A stretch of DNA of 24,000 nucleotides from Aquibacillus sediminis. GTDB taxonomy: Bacteria; Bacillota; Bacilli; Bacillales; Amphibacillaceae. The DNA lies in the NCBI RefSeq assembly GCF_005870085.1, contig NZ_SZNM01000009.1, positions 18,616 through 42,615 of the forward strand, written 5' to 3'. The first letter of the stretch is position 1. The number at the start of each line of letters is the position of its first letter. Shown here piece after piece: positions 9,016 to 16,110 of this stretch. A program made the position numbers and the translations under genes. The notes beneath the pieces were generated by a model. That model was not told where the DNA came from, searched no databases, and saw only the letters and a list, made by a program, of their open reading frames with translations.

Positions 9016-9312
9016 TTATTCTTCTTTTAATTCTTTTCTATATTTCTTAATTAATAAATCAACGACATCTAAGTTATTGTCAATAAACGTTAATCTTTCA
9101 CGAGCAGTTTTGCTCCAATCAAAATGCAAGTCAGTCGCTGTAAAAATATGACGAAGTCCGAAAGAATATAAGTGATGTAATTGGCTAACTATAAAACTAC
9201 TACCAACATCTCTTCCTTTCTTTTCAAATACCTCCTTGATATCATCTTTTAACCAATCAGGGGCCACCTCGACCGCTTTATTTGCTAGTACTTGATACTC
9301 CCTATATGTCAT
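9016..9312 (-). CDS. Hypothetical 98-aa protein
   Basis: It has a strong SD (GGGGGAG 8 nt upstream), its own terminator and a possible TATAAT promoter. I recognise no motif. Confidence 0.6.
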   Translation of the reverse strand: MTYREYQVLANKAVEVAPDWLKDDIKEVFEKKGRDVGSSFIVSQLHHLYSFGLRHIFTATDLHFDWSKTARERLTFIDNNLDVVDLLIKKYRKELKEE

Positions 9313-9375
9313 AATCTTTTCTCCCCCTTCTAAATAACGAAGCGCAGGGGCGTTTCTTACACTCCTTCACTAAAG

Positions 9376-9403
9376 GAAGCAGGAGAACCGTCCCCCTTGC
9401 TTC
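9376..9403. repeat. B-family hairpin
   Basis: GAAGCAGGAGAACCGTCCCCCTTGCTTC is near-identical to 4190-4217. It lies in the 5' leader region of the 98-aa ORF. Confidence 0.85.
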
Positions 9404-9404
9404 G

Positions 9405-9433
9405 ATTATACTATGAATTCTTTTTAAATTAAA
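9405..9433 (-). promoter_or_regulatory. Possible promoter of the 98-aa ORF
   Basis: The minus strand has a perfect TATAAT (9410-9405), a 17-nt spacer and a weak -35 TTTAAT (9433-9428). Confidence 0.3.
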
Positions 9434-9459
9434 AGAGATATTTGAACTTTCGCAATTTA

Positions 9460-9615
9460 ATAAAGTGAAACTTCAATCAGTGAGGATTTTTGCCCTTCCC
9501 CTACTGATTGTTAGTTGAACGAATCGGGGTGAAAGCGAAAGTTTACTCTCACTTAAACTTCTTCAGTTTTCCTTCATATTTCGAAGTGGGAGTCTTACGG
9601 ACGGTTGCACCGGGA
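9460..9615. repeat. C-family 155-bp structured repeat, copy 2
   Basis: It aligns end to end with 3903-4057. The first hairpin is retained through paired changes (CAATCAGT 9474-9481 with ACTGATTG 9503-9510). The same GACGGTTGCACCGGGA tail lies at 9600-9615. Confidence 0.85.
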
Positions 9616-9758
9616 AAAAGTGTTGACGTTCTATCATTCTACAATAACGCTCGCTAGATCATGAACAACTATCTTTTTATAGCGCCTGACACTGGCATCG
9701 AAGCTTAATAAAACCGCTAAAGTCAACTCCCACTAACGTTAATTAAATAAAACTTAAT

Positions 9759-9787
9759 TTGAAGAAAGATTAGGAAGAACTTATACT
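9759..9787 (+). promoter_or_regulatory. Putative sigma-A promoter of the nuclease operon
   Basis: TTGAAG (9759-9764), exactly 17 nt, then TATACT (9782-9787). The predicted transcript would carry the A element 9840-9870 in its 5' UTR. Confidence 0.4.
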
Positions 9788-9839
9788 ATTACTAAATTTC
9801 ATGCCATAAAATGTTAACCCCTACTAATCTATCCCCATA

Positions 9840-9870
9840 CTGGGACAAATGCCCTATCCCCATGTCCCAT
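9840..9870 (+). repeat. A-family element (diverged) abutting the SD of the nuclease gene
   Basis: CTGGGACAAATGCCCTATCCCCATGTCCCAT is followed immediately by TAAAGGAG, then ATG at 9888. Confidence 0.85.
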
Positions 9871-9887
9871 TAAAGGAGTTAAAGCTA

Positions 9888-10724
9888 ATGCAAATAGATG
9901 AATATAAATTTAAAGGTGTCATATCTTCTATCAGCAATCAGGTTAGGGGAGAATTATTTTCTCAAAGCAATCAGCACATACATTTTATACAAACATTAAT
10001 AAAGGAAGGCGTTCCTACTCCTGTTTTATCGGTTTGCGGAAAAGGAACACAGGAAATTCGATTCACGAAATATTTTGCTTATTATCTTGACGAAAAAAAA
10101 TTTCACGGTTTGGTCTCTGAATGTTTAAAAGCAGCTTTTGATCAAGAGGCTATAGCGGCCGGACTTCTAGATGATTGGTACCAGGGGTGTGATGTTTTTT
10201 CTGAATATAACCTGGGGAAGATCACTGGTTACGACCTTAATAACTATATCGATATCTTGATCAAAGGGGACGACTTTGTTGTTTGTGTGGAACAAAAGTT
10301 ACTAAGTGGGGAGAGCAATACAAATGAGACAAATCTTGGGCAGTTAGAACGGTATAGTCTCGCATTAACCCAAAATGAAGAGTTTAAAGACGTACAAGTT
10401 ATTAAAATTTATTTAACACCAAACGAGTCGATCCCTACCAGCTCAACTGATTGGATTGCTATGTCCCATGAAAAACTTGTAAAACGATTAATCCCTCTTA
10501 TCTCCAATGAAAAACTATCATCGACAGCGGTCGAAAATGTTAAGCGCCTGTTGCTTGATTTTATCCTTGGACCCTATGAATCTACTGATCAAGTTATCTA
10601 CAATTTGTATGAACGAGCTCAACAGGTGGTTCGGAGTGGGTATGCAGTTAGTAAAACACAAGCATTTATTGACTTGCTCCAAAAACATCATCTGCTCTTG
10701 CAAATTCTTAGAGGAGGAAAATAG
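9888..10724 (+). CDS. PD-(D/E)XK (RecB-like) nuclease-fold protein, uncharacterized family
   Basis: Ordered motifs are FSEYNLG (E), YIDILIKGDDFVVCVEQK (D..ExK) and GQLERY (QxxxY), followed by IKIYLTP. This layout is typical of uncharacterized PDDEXK families. I trimmed the start to the ATG at 9888 (AAAGGAG SD), because the track start at 9849 lies inside a repeat. Confidence 0.7.
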   Translation: MQIDEYKFKGVISSISNQVRGELFSQSNQHIHFIQTLIKEGVPTPVLSVCGKGTQEIRFTKYFAYYLDEKKFHGLVSECLKAAFDQEAIAAGLLDDWYQGCDVFSEYNLGKITGYDLNNYIDILIKGDDFVVCVEQKLLSGESNTNETNLGQLERYSLALTQNEEFKDVQVIKIYLTPNESIPTSSTDWIAMSHEKLVKRLIPLISNEKLSSTAVENVKRLLLDFILGPYESTDQVIYNLYERAQQVVRSGYAVSKTQAFIDLLQKHHLLLQILRGGK

Positions 10725-10726
10725 GA

Positions 10727-11287
10727 ATGAATCATTTATCGGGATCTGGAAAATTGTATCTAAAAGAATACTATGCCTTGAAATACGCTGAAAACACAGT
10801 AAATACATTTCTTGACAATTTACTAAATGATACCTATCAATACATTGTTGCGCGCCTACCAAAAAACGTAAATCATTATAGCTGGAGTGCCAATCAAGCC
10901 AAGCAAGGGAGAATGGAATTGTATCCTCATTTCTCTAGTAACCATGGGATATTTGCGGGCGATAAAGTTGAACTATCTGTTCTTTATCGAGATGTTCGTG
11001 ATTATGATCATATGGAAAAAACAGCGAGCATTCGATTGTCTATATACTGCCGCAAAGGATTAAAGGCAAGGTTTGGTGACATCCCACAAGCAGTACTACA
11101 AAATGCTTGTGAATCAGCAGAACAACACGGGATTACCATTCAGATAGAAAAAGGCCAACCATTATATTGCGAATACATCGATGTGAACCTTGATGACGTT
11201 GAAGAAACGATTCGAGAGGTTGGAGAAGCGATGATACGGATTGGAAAAGGGGTGGATGCATTTGTAGATGGGGTTTTAGTAGGGTAG
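10727..11287 (+). CDS. Hypothetical 186-aa protein, translationally coupled to the nuclease gene
   Basis: The ATG is 2 nt after the upstream TAG, and a GGAGGA SD lies inside the upstream gene's 3' end. I recognise no motif. Confidence 0.65.
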   Translation: MNHLSGSGKLYLKEYYALKYAENTVNTFLDNLLNDTYQYIVARLPKNVNHYSWSANQAKQGRMELYPHFSSNHGIFAGDKVELSVLYRDVRDYDHMEKTASIRLSIYCRKGLKARFGDIPQAVLQNACESAEQHGITIQIEKGQPLYCEYIDVNLDDVEETIREVGEAMIRIGKGVDAFVDGVLVG

Positions 11288-11290
11288 GCA

Positions 11291-11317
11291 GAAGCAGCGG
11301 GTCGGTCCTTGTGCTTC
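11291..11317. repeat. B-family element (reverse, diverged) just after the plus-strand operon
   Basis: GAAGCAGCGGGTCGGTCCTTGTGCTTC, whose reverse complement is GAAGCACAAGGACCGACCCGCTGCTTC. Only 6 bp of terminal stem remain and there is no T-run, so it is a weak terminator at best. Confidence 0.6.
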
Positions 11318-11443
11318 CTAATTCATGTACACCAACGCCTACGCCTCATGATTCAGACTGGTTTTAGGCACTAGCTCCCCGCGCCCCCATTTGTAAAAGG
11401 CATCCAAATTTATCCATTGCAAATGGACAAACCAACTACAAAC

Positions 11444-11471
11444 GGCGCTGGTCATGATCATTACCAGCGCC
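11444..11471 (-). terminator. Hairpin downstream of the man operon
   Basis: GGCGCTGGT pairs with ACCAGCGCC (9-bp stem, 10-nt loop). On the minus strand it is followed by GTTTGTAG, a poor U-run. Confidence 0.35.
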
Positions 11472-11475
11472 CCTA

Positions 11476-11499
11476 GTGGGACAAGTGTCCATGTCCCAC
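11476..11499 (+). repeat. A-family short (24-bp) variant
   Basis: GTGGGACAAGTGTCCATGTCCCAC is flush (0-nt gap) with the stop TGA at 11500-11502 of the SIS gene. Confidence 0.85.
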
Positions 11500-12498
11500 T
11501 CACTCTCTATTTGTAACTTTACGAATAATAGACGCTTCTCCTGCTACTAAGCCTTTTTTCTCGGATAAGCGAACGGCTGCTATTTGAGTAACGCTTGAAT
11601 AGATAATCGGACTGACGAATTCACTGACAGATTTCATCGTAATTGATGTCACATTGTCGTGTTCGAGAGGTTCATCTGATACATATACAACTTTCCCGCC
11701 GTAATCCGCTATCTCTTTTGCCATTTCTAAATTATGCTCGTAGGTCTTCCCATAAGGATTAAATAAAATACATTGAAACGGTTCACGTAACAGTTCGTAA
11801 GGTCCGTGTCTAAATTGTGCAGAGGACAGGGATTCCGTGTAAATTCGAGCCGTTTCTTTTAACGTTAACCCTCCCTGTTCTGCCGTTGTGACACTTGGCC
11901 CGCGTCCAAGCAGTACTAATGGTTGGTTCGGATTGATCGTGTCTACGAGCTTATCGCCAATCGCAGCAAACTGATTTTCCAACACATCACCTAACACATC
12001 TGCAGCGACGAGTAAATCCGATTCCAACGATTCTCCATATTCCTTTGAAAATAACTGCAACAATAACGCTACCGTTGTGGTGAAGGATTTCGAAGATGCG
12101 ATTGCTTTTTCTTGTGTCGCTTTCGTGTAGTAAACATTGGCAGAACCTGTTGTGATTGAACTACCTGGTGTATTGGTAATAGCAGATACATGATGGGTCT
12201 TCTCTAGTAGTTGCTTCACTTCAAAGCTTTCCCCACTTTGCGAACTAATCAATAGGTTATAATGGTTTAACATTGGTGACTGATAATGAAGCAATTCCGA
12301 ACAATCAATCGCTTGAGCCATCCCACCATTGCTAGTCACATATAAAGCCGCCAATTGGGAAGCAGCTAACGAACTACCCATACCAGTAAGCAAAAACGGC
12401 TTGTTTTTATCAAAATTAAAAGTAGTATCGATATTTCCATTAACTGTGTCTTTTATCGACTGTGGTTGCTCATGTACTTCAGTTAAAAATAAACTCAT
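11500..12498 (-). CDS. SIS-domain sugar-phosphate isomerase/deglycase (GlmS C-terminal / FrlB / AgaS-like)
   Basis: 332 aa with two SIS-like halves (LLTGMGSSLAASQ..., ISSQSGES, VLLGRGPS). It is the last gene of the man cluster. Confidence 0.75.
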   Translation of the reverse strand: MSLFLTEVHEQPQSIKDTVNGNIDTTFNFDKNKPFLLTGMGSSLAASQLAALYVTSNGGMAQAIDCSELLHYQSPMLNHYNLLISSQSGESFEVKQLLEKTHHVSAITNTPGSSITTGSANVYYTKATQEKAIASSKSFTTTVALLLQLFSKEYGESLESDLLVAADVLGDVLENQFAAIGDKLVDTINPNQPLVLLGRGPSVTTAEQGGLTLKETARIYTESLSSAQFRHGPYELLREPFQCILFNPYGKTYEHNLEMAKEIADYGGKVVYVSDEPLEHDNVTSITMKSVSEFVSPIIYSSVTQIAAVRLSEKKGLVAGEASIIRKVTNRE

Positions 12499-12562
12499 AT
12501 GCGATCATCCCTTCACAGATTTATAATTATGTACGTTTATAAGAACAGCCGCCCCTTAGTAA

Positions 12563-12589
12563 GAAGCACAAGAACCGTCCCGCCGCTTC
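12563..12589. repeat. B-family element (diverged)
   Basis: GAAGCACAAGAACCGTCCCGCCGCTTC lies between manA and the SIS gene. Confidence 0.7.
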
Positions 12590-12641
12590 CTTATTAGGAA
12601 CTGTGCGAAACCCTCCTTGTACATTCATGCGGGAATATCAA

Positions 12642-12672
12642 GTGGGACAAGTGCCCTGTCCCCATGTCCCAC
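12642..12672 (+). repeat. A-family 31-bp element
   Basis: GTGGGACAAGTGCCCTGTCCCCATGTCCCAC. Its last base is shared with the manA stop codon TAG (12672-12674). Confidence 0.9.
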
Positions 12673-13628
12673 TACACGTGTGATACGATCAATTCTGCTT
12701 TTCCTGTTAATTGATAGTTGCGAACGCCATTTGGCAAAATAAAATGGCTTCCTTTTTCAATTTCAAATGACTGATCCTCGACAGTAATGGTTGCATTTCC
12801 GTCTATAACACTAACTTGCAAGAAGTCTTGCTCTAACGTCAATGATGCACTGCCCTCAAGTTCCCAATGATAAACAGAGAAATACTCCGCTTCTACCAAC
12901 TGCTTCACCGTTAAGTCCTCTACTTTCGATACACTTTGCTCTCCTACTGCATCTTTGTGTGGCACAGTCGTAACTTCCATTGCTTTTTCTAAGTGTAGTT
13001 CACGTTTGTTCCCTTCCGCATCGGTTCGATCATAATCATAGACGCGATATGTAATATCTGAACTTTGTTGGGTTTCTAAAATGACAATCCCTTTTCCAAT
13101 CGCATGAATCGTCCCACTCGGAACATAGACAAAATCACCAGCTTGCACTTTGATCCGACCTAAAAATTGATCCCACTCACCATTTTCTACCATCGTTTTT
13201 AATTCTTGGTCGGATTTTGCATGGTGACCAATCACGAGTTCCGCTTCAGGCTCTGCACTTAGGACATACCAGCACTCGGTCTTCCCATATGGCGCCCCTT
13301 CCACTTCACGCGCATAGGTATCATTCGGATGCACTTGGACAGATAAGTCATCATTCGCATCTAAAATTTTAACAAGCAATGGGTATTCCTCGTCATTATC
13401 CTTGCTTTTATGAAATAACTCTCCATGTTCGTTCCATGCATCTGCTAGTGTTTTGCCAGCTAGAGGTCCATTGGTTATGATACTTGGCCCATTAGGATGG
13501 GCAGAAATCACCCACGCTTCCCCTGTTTGTGCAGATGGAATCTCATAGTTAAATTCTGTTTGTAATTTTTGACCGCCCCAAATACGCTCTTGAAATACAG
13601 GCTGTAAAAAAATCGGCTCTTTGTACAT
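12672..13628 (-). CDS. manA: Mannose-6-phosphate isomerase, class I (Bacillus type)
   Basis: The N-terminus MYKEPIFLQPVFQERIWGG, then QVHPND and GTIHAIG cupin metal motifs. It lies directly downstream of the PTS gene, as in B. subtilis manP-manA. Confidence 0.9.
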   Translation of the reverse strand: MYKEPIFLQPVFQERIWGGQKLQTEFNYEIPSAQTGEAWVISAHPNGPSIITNGPLAGKTLADAWNEHGELFHKSKDNDEEYPLLVKILDANDDLSVQVHPNDTYAREVEGAPYGKTECWYVLSAEPEAELVIGHHAKSDQELKTMVENGEWDQFLGRIKVQAGDFVYVPSGTIHAIGKGIVILETQQSSDITYRVYDYDRTDAEGNKRELHLEKAMEVTTVPHKDAVGEQSVSKVEDLTVKQLVEAEYFSVYHWELEGSASLTLEQDFLQVSVIDGNATITVEDQSFEIEKGSHFILPNGVRNYQLTGKAELIVSHV

Positions 13629-13680
13629 AAATAGTTACCTCCAATATTAAGTTGATTGATCCAAATTTATAATGTAAAGA

Positions 13681-13705
13681 AAGCATGAGCCCCGTCCCCA
13701 TGCTT
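13681..13705 (-). other. Intercistronic hairpin between manP and manA
   Basis: The minus strand reads AAGCATGGGGACGGGGCTCATGCTT followed by TCTTT. The stem is about 7 bp. It could be a partial terminator or a processing site. Confidence 0.35.
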
Positions 13706-13713
13706 TCCCCCTG

Positions 13714-15660
13714 TTACTGTACTTCTTCTAATAAGGTTAGTGCTTCTTGTTTTGAGTTTGTTTGTAGTAATTTTTCTCTAAATTGTTCGTCCATTAATTT
13801 TCTTGATAGCATTTGTAAAATTTTCAAGTGTGCATCTCCAGCACTTTCCTCTGGTACGGCAATCATGAAAATTAATTTGGCGTCAGTGCCATCAAGACTG
13901 TTCCAATCAACACCATCACGCTTGATTCCAAATGCTACGGCAGGGCGTGTGACTGCATTTGACTTTCCATGTGGAATCGCAATGTTCATGCCAAGTCCTG
14001 TAGAACTTTGTGCTTCACGATCCAGAATCGCTTGTTTAAATGTTTGTTTCGAGTCAACAATACCAGCTGCATCAAATTTCTCAATTAATTCATCGATCAC
14101 ATCATCACGTGTTGATGCAGTTAAGCTTGTCTCAATTAAGTCTTCACTCGTAATATCAACTAATTTATTAATTTCTTGAGTTGCAGGCTCTGTAGTCGCC
14201 GTTTGGGATGTTGTTGCTACTTCATCCGTCGCATCAACTTGAACCGTTCCACCCCCAGCGACAGCTACTTCTACATCTTTTTTCAAAAAGTTTACCATAA
14301 ATGCTGTCACGATTACACCAGCAATTGCTGCTAGGAAAAAGACAATTACGTTGTCCACTGCACCTAGTATCGCAACAATTGGTCCACCGTGTGCTACTTT
14401 GTCCCCAACATTCCCAATCATCGCAATAATCGAACCAGTCATCGAACCGACAACAATACTTGGAATAACGCGCAATGGATCCTGTGCGGCAAATGGAATC
14501 GCCCCTTCTGTAATGCCAAAAAATCCCATCGTTAGAGAAGCTTTACCTGCTTCGCGTTCATTTGCTTGATATTTTTTCTTATTAATCAATGTTGCAAGTC
14601 CCATTCCAATTGGTGGAATACAGATCGCAACCGCAATCGGTCCCATAATTTCATAGTTTCCTTCTGCAATCATCGCAGAACCAAATAGGAATGCAACTTT
14701 ATTAAATGGTCCACCCATATCAACGGCAATCATCGCACCAAGAATCGCCGCTAATAAAATCGAGCTTGCGCCTTGCATACCGGCAAGCAATGTCGTTAGC
14801 CCTTCAAACACTTGTGCTACAGGTGCACCGATTACAAAGATAAATAATAGTCCTACAATCACCGATGAAATAATCGGAATAAAAATAATCGGCATAACCG
14901 GTTGCACGGCTTGTGGAACTTTAATTTTCTTAATCCAAAGTGCAATATAACCAGCTAAGAAACCAGCGATAATCCCGCCGATAAATCCAGCTCCAGCTTC
15001 ACTTCCATAAAAACTACCCTCTGCTGCAATATAACCACCGATCATACCTGGTACTAAACCTGGACGATCCGCAATACTAACGGCAATGAAACCTGCTAAA
15101 ATTGGTACCATGAACATAAATGCTGTTCCACCTAAGGTTTCAATTTGTTTCCAAATCGAATCCTCTGGTATTTGAATGCCACCTGGTGTTTGCTCCCCAC
15201 CAATCGTTAATGCAAGCGCGATCAACAGTCCCCCAACAACGATAAATGGAATCATGTAAGAAACACCATTCATCAAGTGTTTATAAATAGGGTTTTCTTT
15301 TTGTTTCTTTTGTTGCTTAACTTCGTCTGGGGATTTTAAGTCTCCTTGGTGAACGGACGCGTCCCCGTTTTGAATTCGTTTGATTAATTCTTTCGGATTA
15401 CGAATGCCCTCTTGGACACCGGTTACAATTAATTTTTTACCAACAAACCGTTCTTTCGAAATTTCTTTGTCAGCAGCGATAATAATTCCATCTGCCTCTG
15501 CAATGTCTTGGTCTGTTAGCACATTTTCCGCACCAATTGAACCTTGTGTTTCAACTTTTATATCAATGCCCATCTCTTCGCCTGCTTTTTGTAAGTTCTC
15601 AGCAGCCATATACGTATGGGCAATCCCAACTGGACAAGCCGTCACAGCTAATACCTTCAT
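13714..15660 (-). CDS. manP: PTS mannose/fructose-family transporter, EIIBCA
   Basis: 648 aa. It has an N-terminal EIIB(Fru) domain (KVLAVTACPVGIAHTYMAAE), a polytopic EIIC and a C-terminal EIIA (GMNIAIPHGK). Domain order and neighbours match B. subtilis ManP. Confidence 0.9.
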   Translation of the reverse strand: MKVLAVTACPVGIAHTYMAAENLQKAGEEMGIDIKVETQGSIGAENVLTDQDIAEADGIIIAADKEISKERFVGKKLIVTGVQEGIRNPKELIKRIQNGDASVHQGDLKSPDEVKQQKKQKENPIYKHLMNGVSYMIPFIVVGGLLIALALTIGGEQTPGGIQIPEDSIWKQIETLGGTAFMFMVPILAGFIAVSIADRPGLVPGMIGGYIAAEGSFYGSEAGAGFIGGIIAGFLAGYIALWIKKIKVPQAVQPVMPIIFIPIISSVIVGLLFIFVIGAPVAQVFEGLTTLLAGMQGASSILLAAILGAMIAVDMGGPFNKVAFLFGSAMIAEGNYEIMGPIAVAICIPPIGMGLATLINKKKYQANEREAGKASLTMGFFGITEGAIPFAAQDPLRVIPSIVVGSMTGSIIAMIGNVGDKVAHGGPIVAILGAVDNVIVFFLAAIAGVIVTAFMVNFLKKDVEVAVAGGGTVQVDATDEVATTSQTATTEPATQEINKLVDITSEDLIETSLTASTRDDVIDELIEKFDAAGIVDSKQTFKQAILDREAQSSTGLGMNIAIPHGKSNAVTRPAVAFGIKRDGVDWNSLDGTDAKLIFMIAVPEESAGDAHLKILQMLSRKLMDEQFREKLLQTNSKQEALTLLEEVQ

Positions 15661-15706
15661 GATGTTTCCCTCCTATAATAACCTCGTTTTGTAATTGCTT
15701 ACATGT

Positions 15707-15766
15707 ATTGTAACGCTGAAAACGGCCTTCATTAATTTAAGTTTTTACCGTAATATGTGGTAAAAA
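15707..15766 (-). promoter_or_regulatory. Putative activator-dependent manP promoter with upstream palindrome
   Basis: The minus strand has -10 TACAAT (15712-15707), a weak -35 TTAATG (15735-15730) and the palindrome TTTTTACC-N9-GGTAAAAA (15742-15766), centred about 50 bp upstream of the expected TSS. The palindrome is a candidate ManR site. Confidence 0.35.
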
Positions 15767-16110
15767 TGAATTAATTGGTTGTGGGATAGCTTTCACCTTG
15801 ATTCTGAAGGCCTTCAATATGGAGTGGGACGTTGCTGGGGTATGGGAGGGTGGGGAAAGTGCGGGATTGCGATTCGGATGCGGAATTGCGGACATTTATT
15901 CCGCTATTCACTCAATTTCATGCCTTTTTCATCCAATTCCGACGGTTTAAAGAACCAATGTCCGCTCCATGCCATTTTGGGCACTTTTTTCACCATTTAA
16001 GGCACTAAATGTCCGCCTCCACCCTCTATTCGAAGCGGACATTTGTTTCACAATTCACGCTGGTATTCATGCCCCCCGCGAACCCCGTCATACCAACCCT
16101 ACTTACTACA

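Noticed and set aside
9016-9312. 98-aa ORF as a REP-associated tyrosine transposase (RAYT), because it is flanked by inverted A copies
   Set aside because: It is too short, and it has no HUH motif or a plausible catalytic tyrosine context.
9849-9887. N-terminal extension MPYPHVPLKELKL of the nuclease ORF
   Set aside because: These codons are read out of A repeat 9840-9870 and have no SD. The ATG at 9888 has a well-spaced AAAGGAG.
13685-14179. Long antisense ORFs inside real genes. Others are 7209-7715, 6631-7029, 22160-22534, 21425-21745, 15380-15694, 4675-4923 and 10507-10862.
   Set aside because: Each lies opposite, or out of frame within, a CDS with clear family motifs. They have low-complexity composition and no SD, which is typical of shadow ORFs.
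15717-15731. cre (CcpA) site TGAAAACGGCCTTCA in the manP promoter
   Set aside because: It is one base too long to fit the WTGNAANCGNWNNCW register. I keep it only as a note inside the spacer finding.
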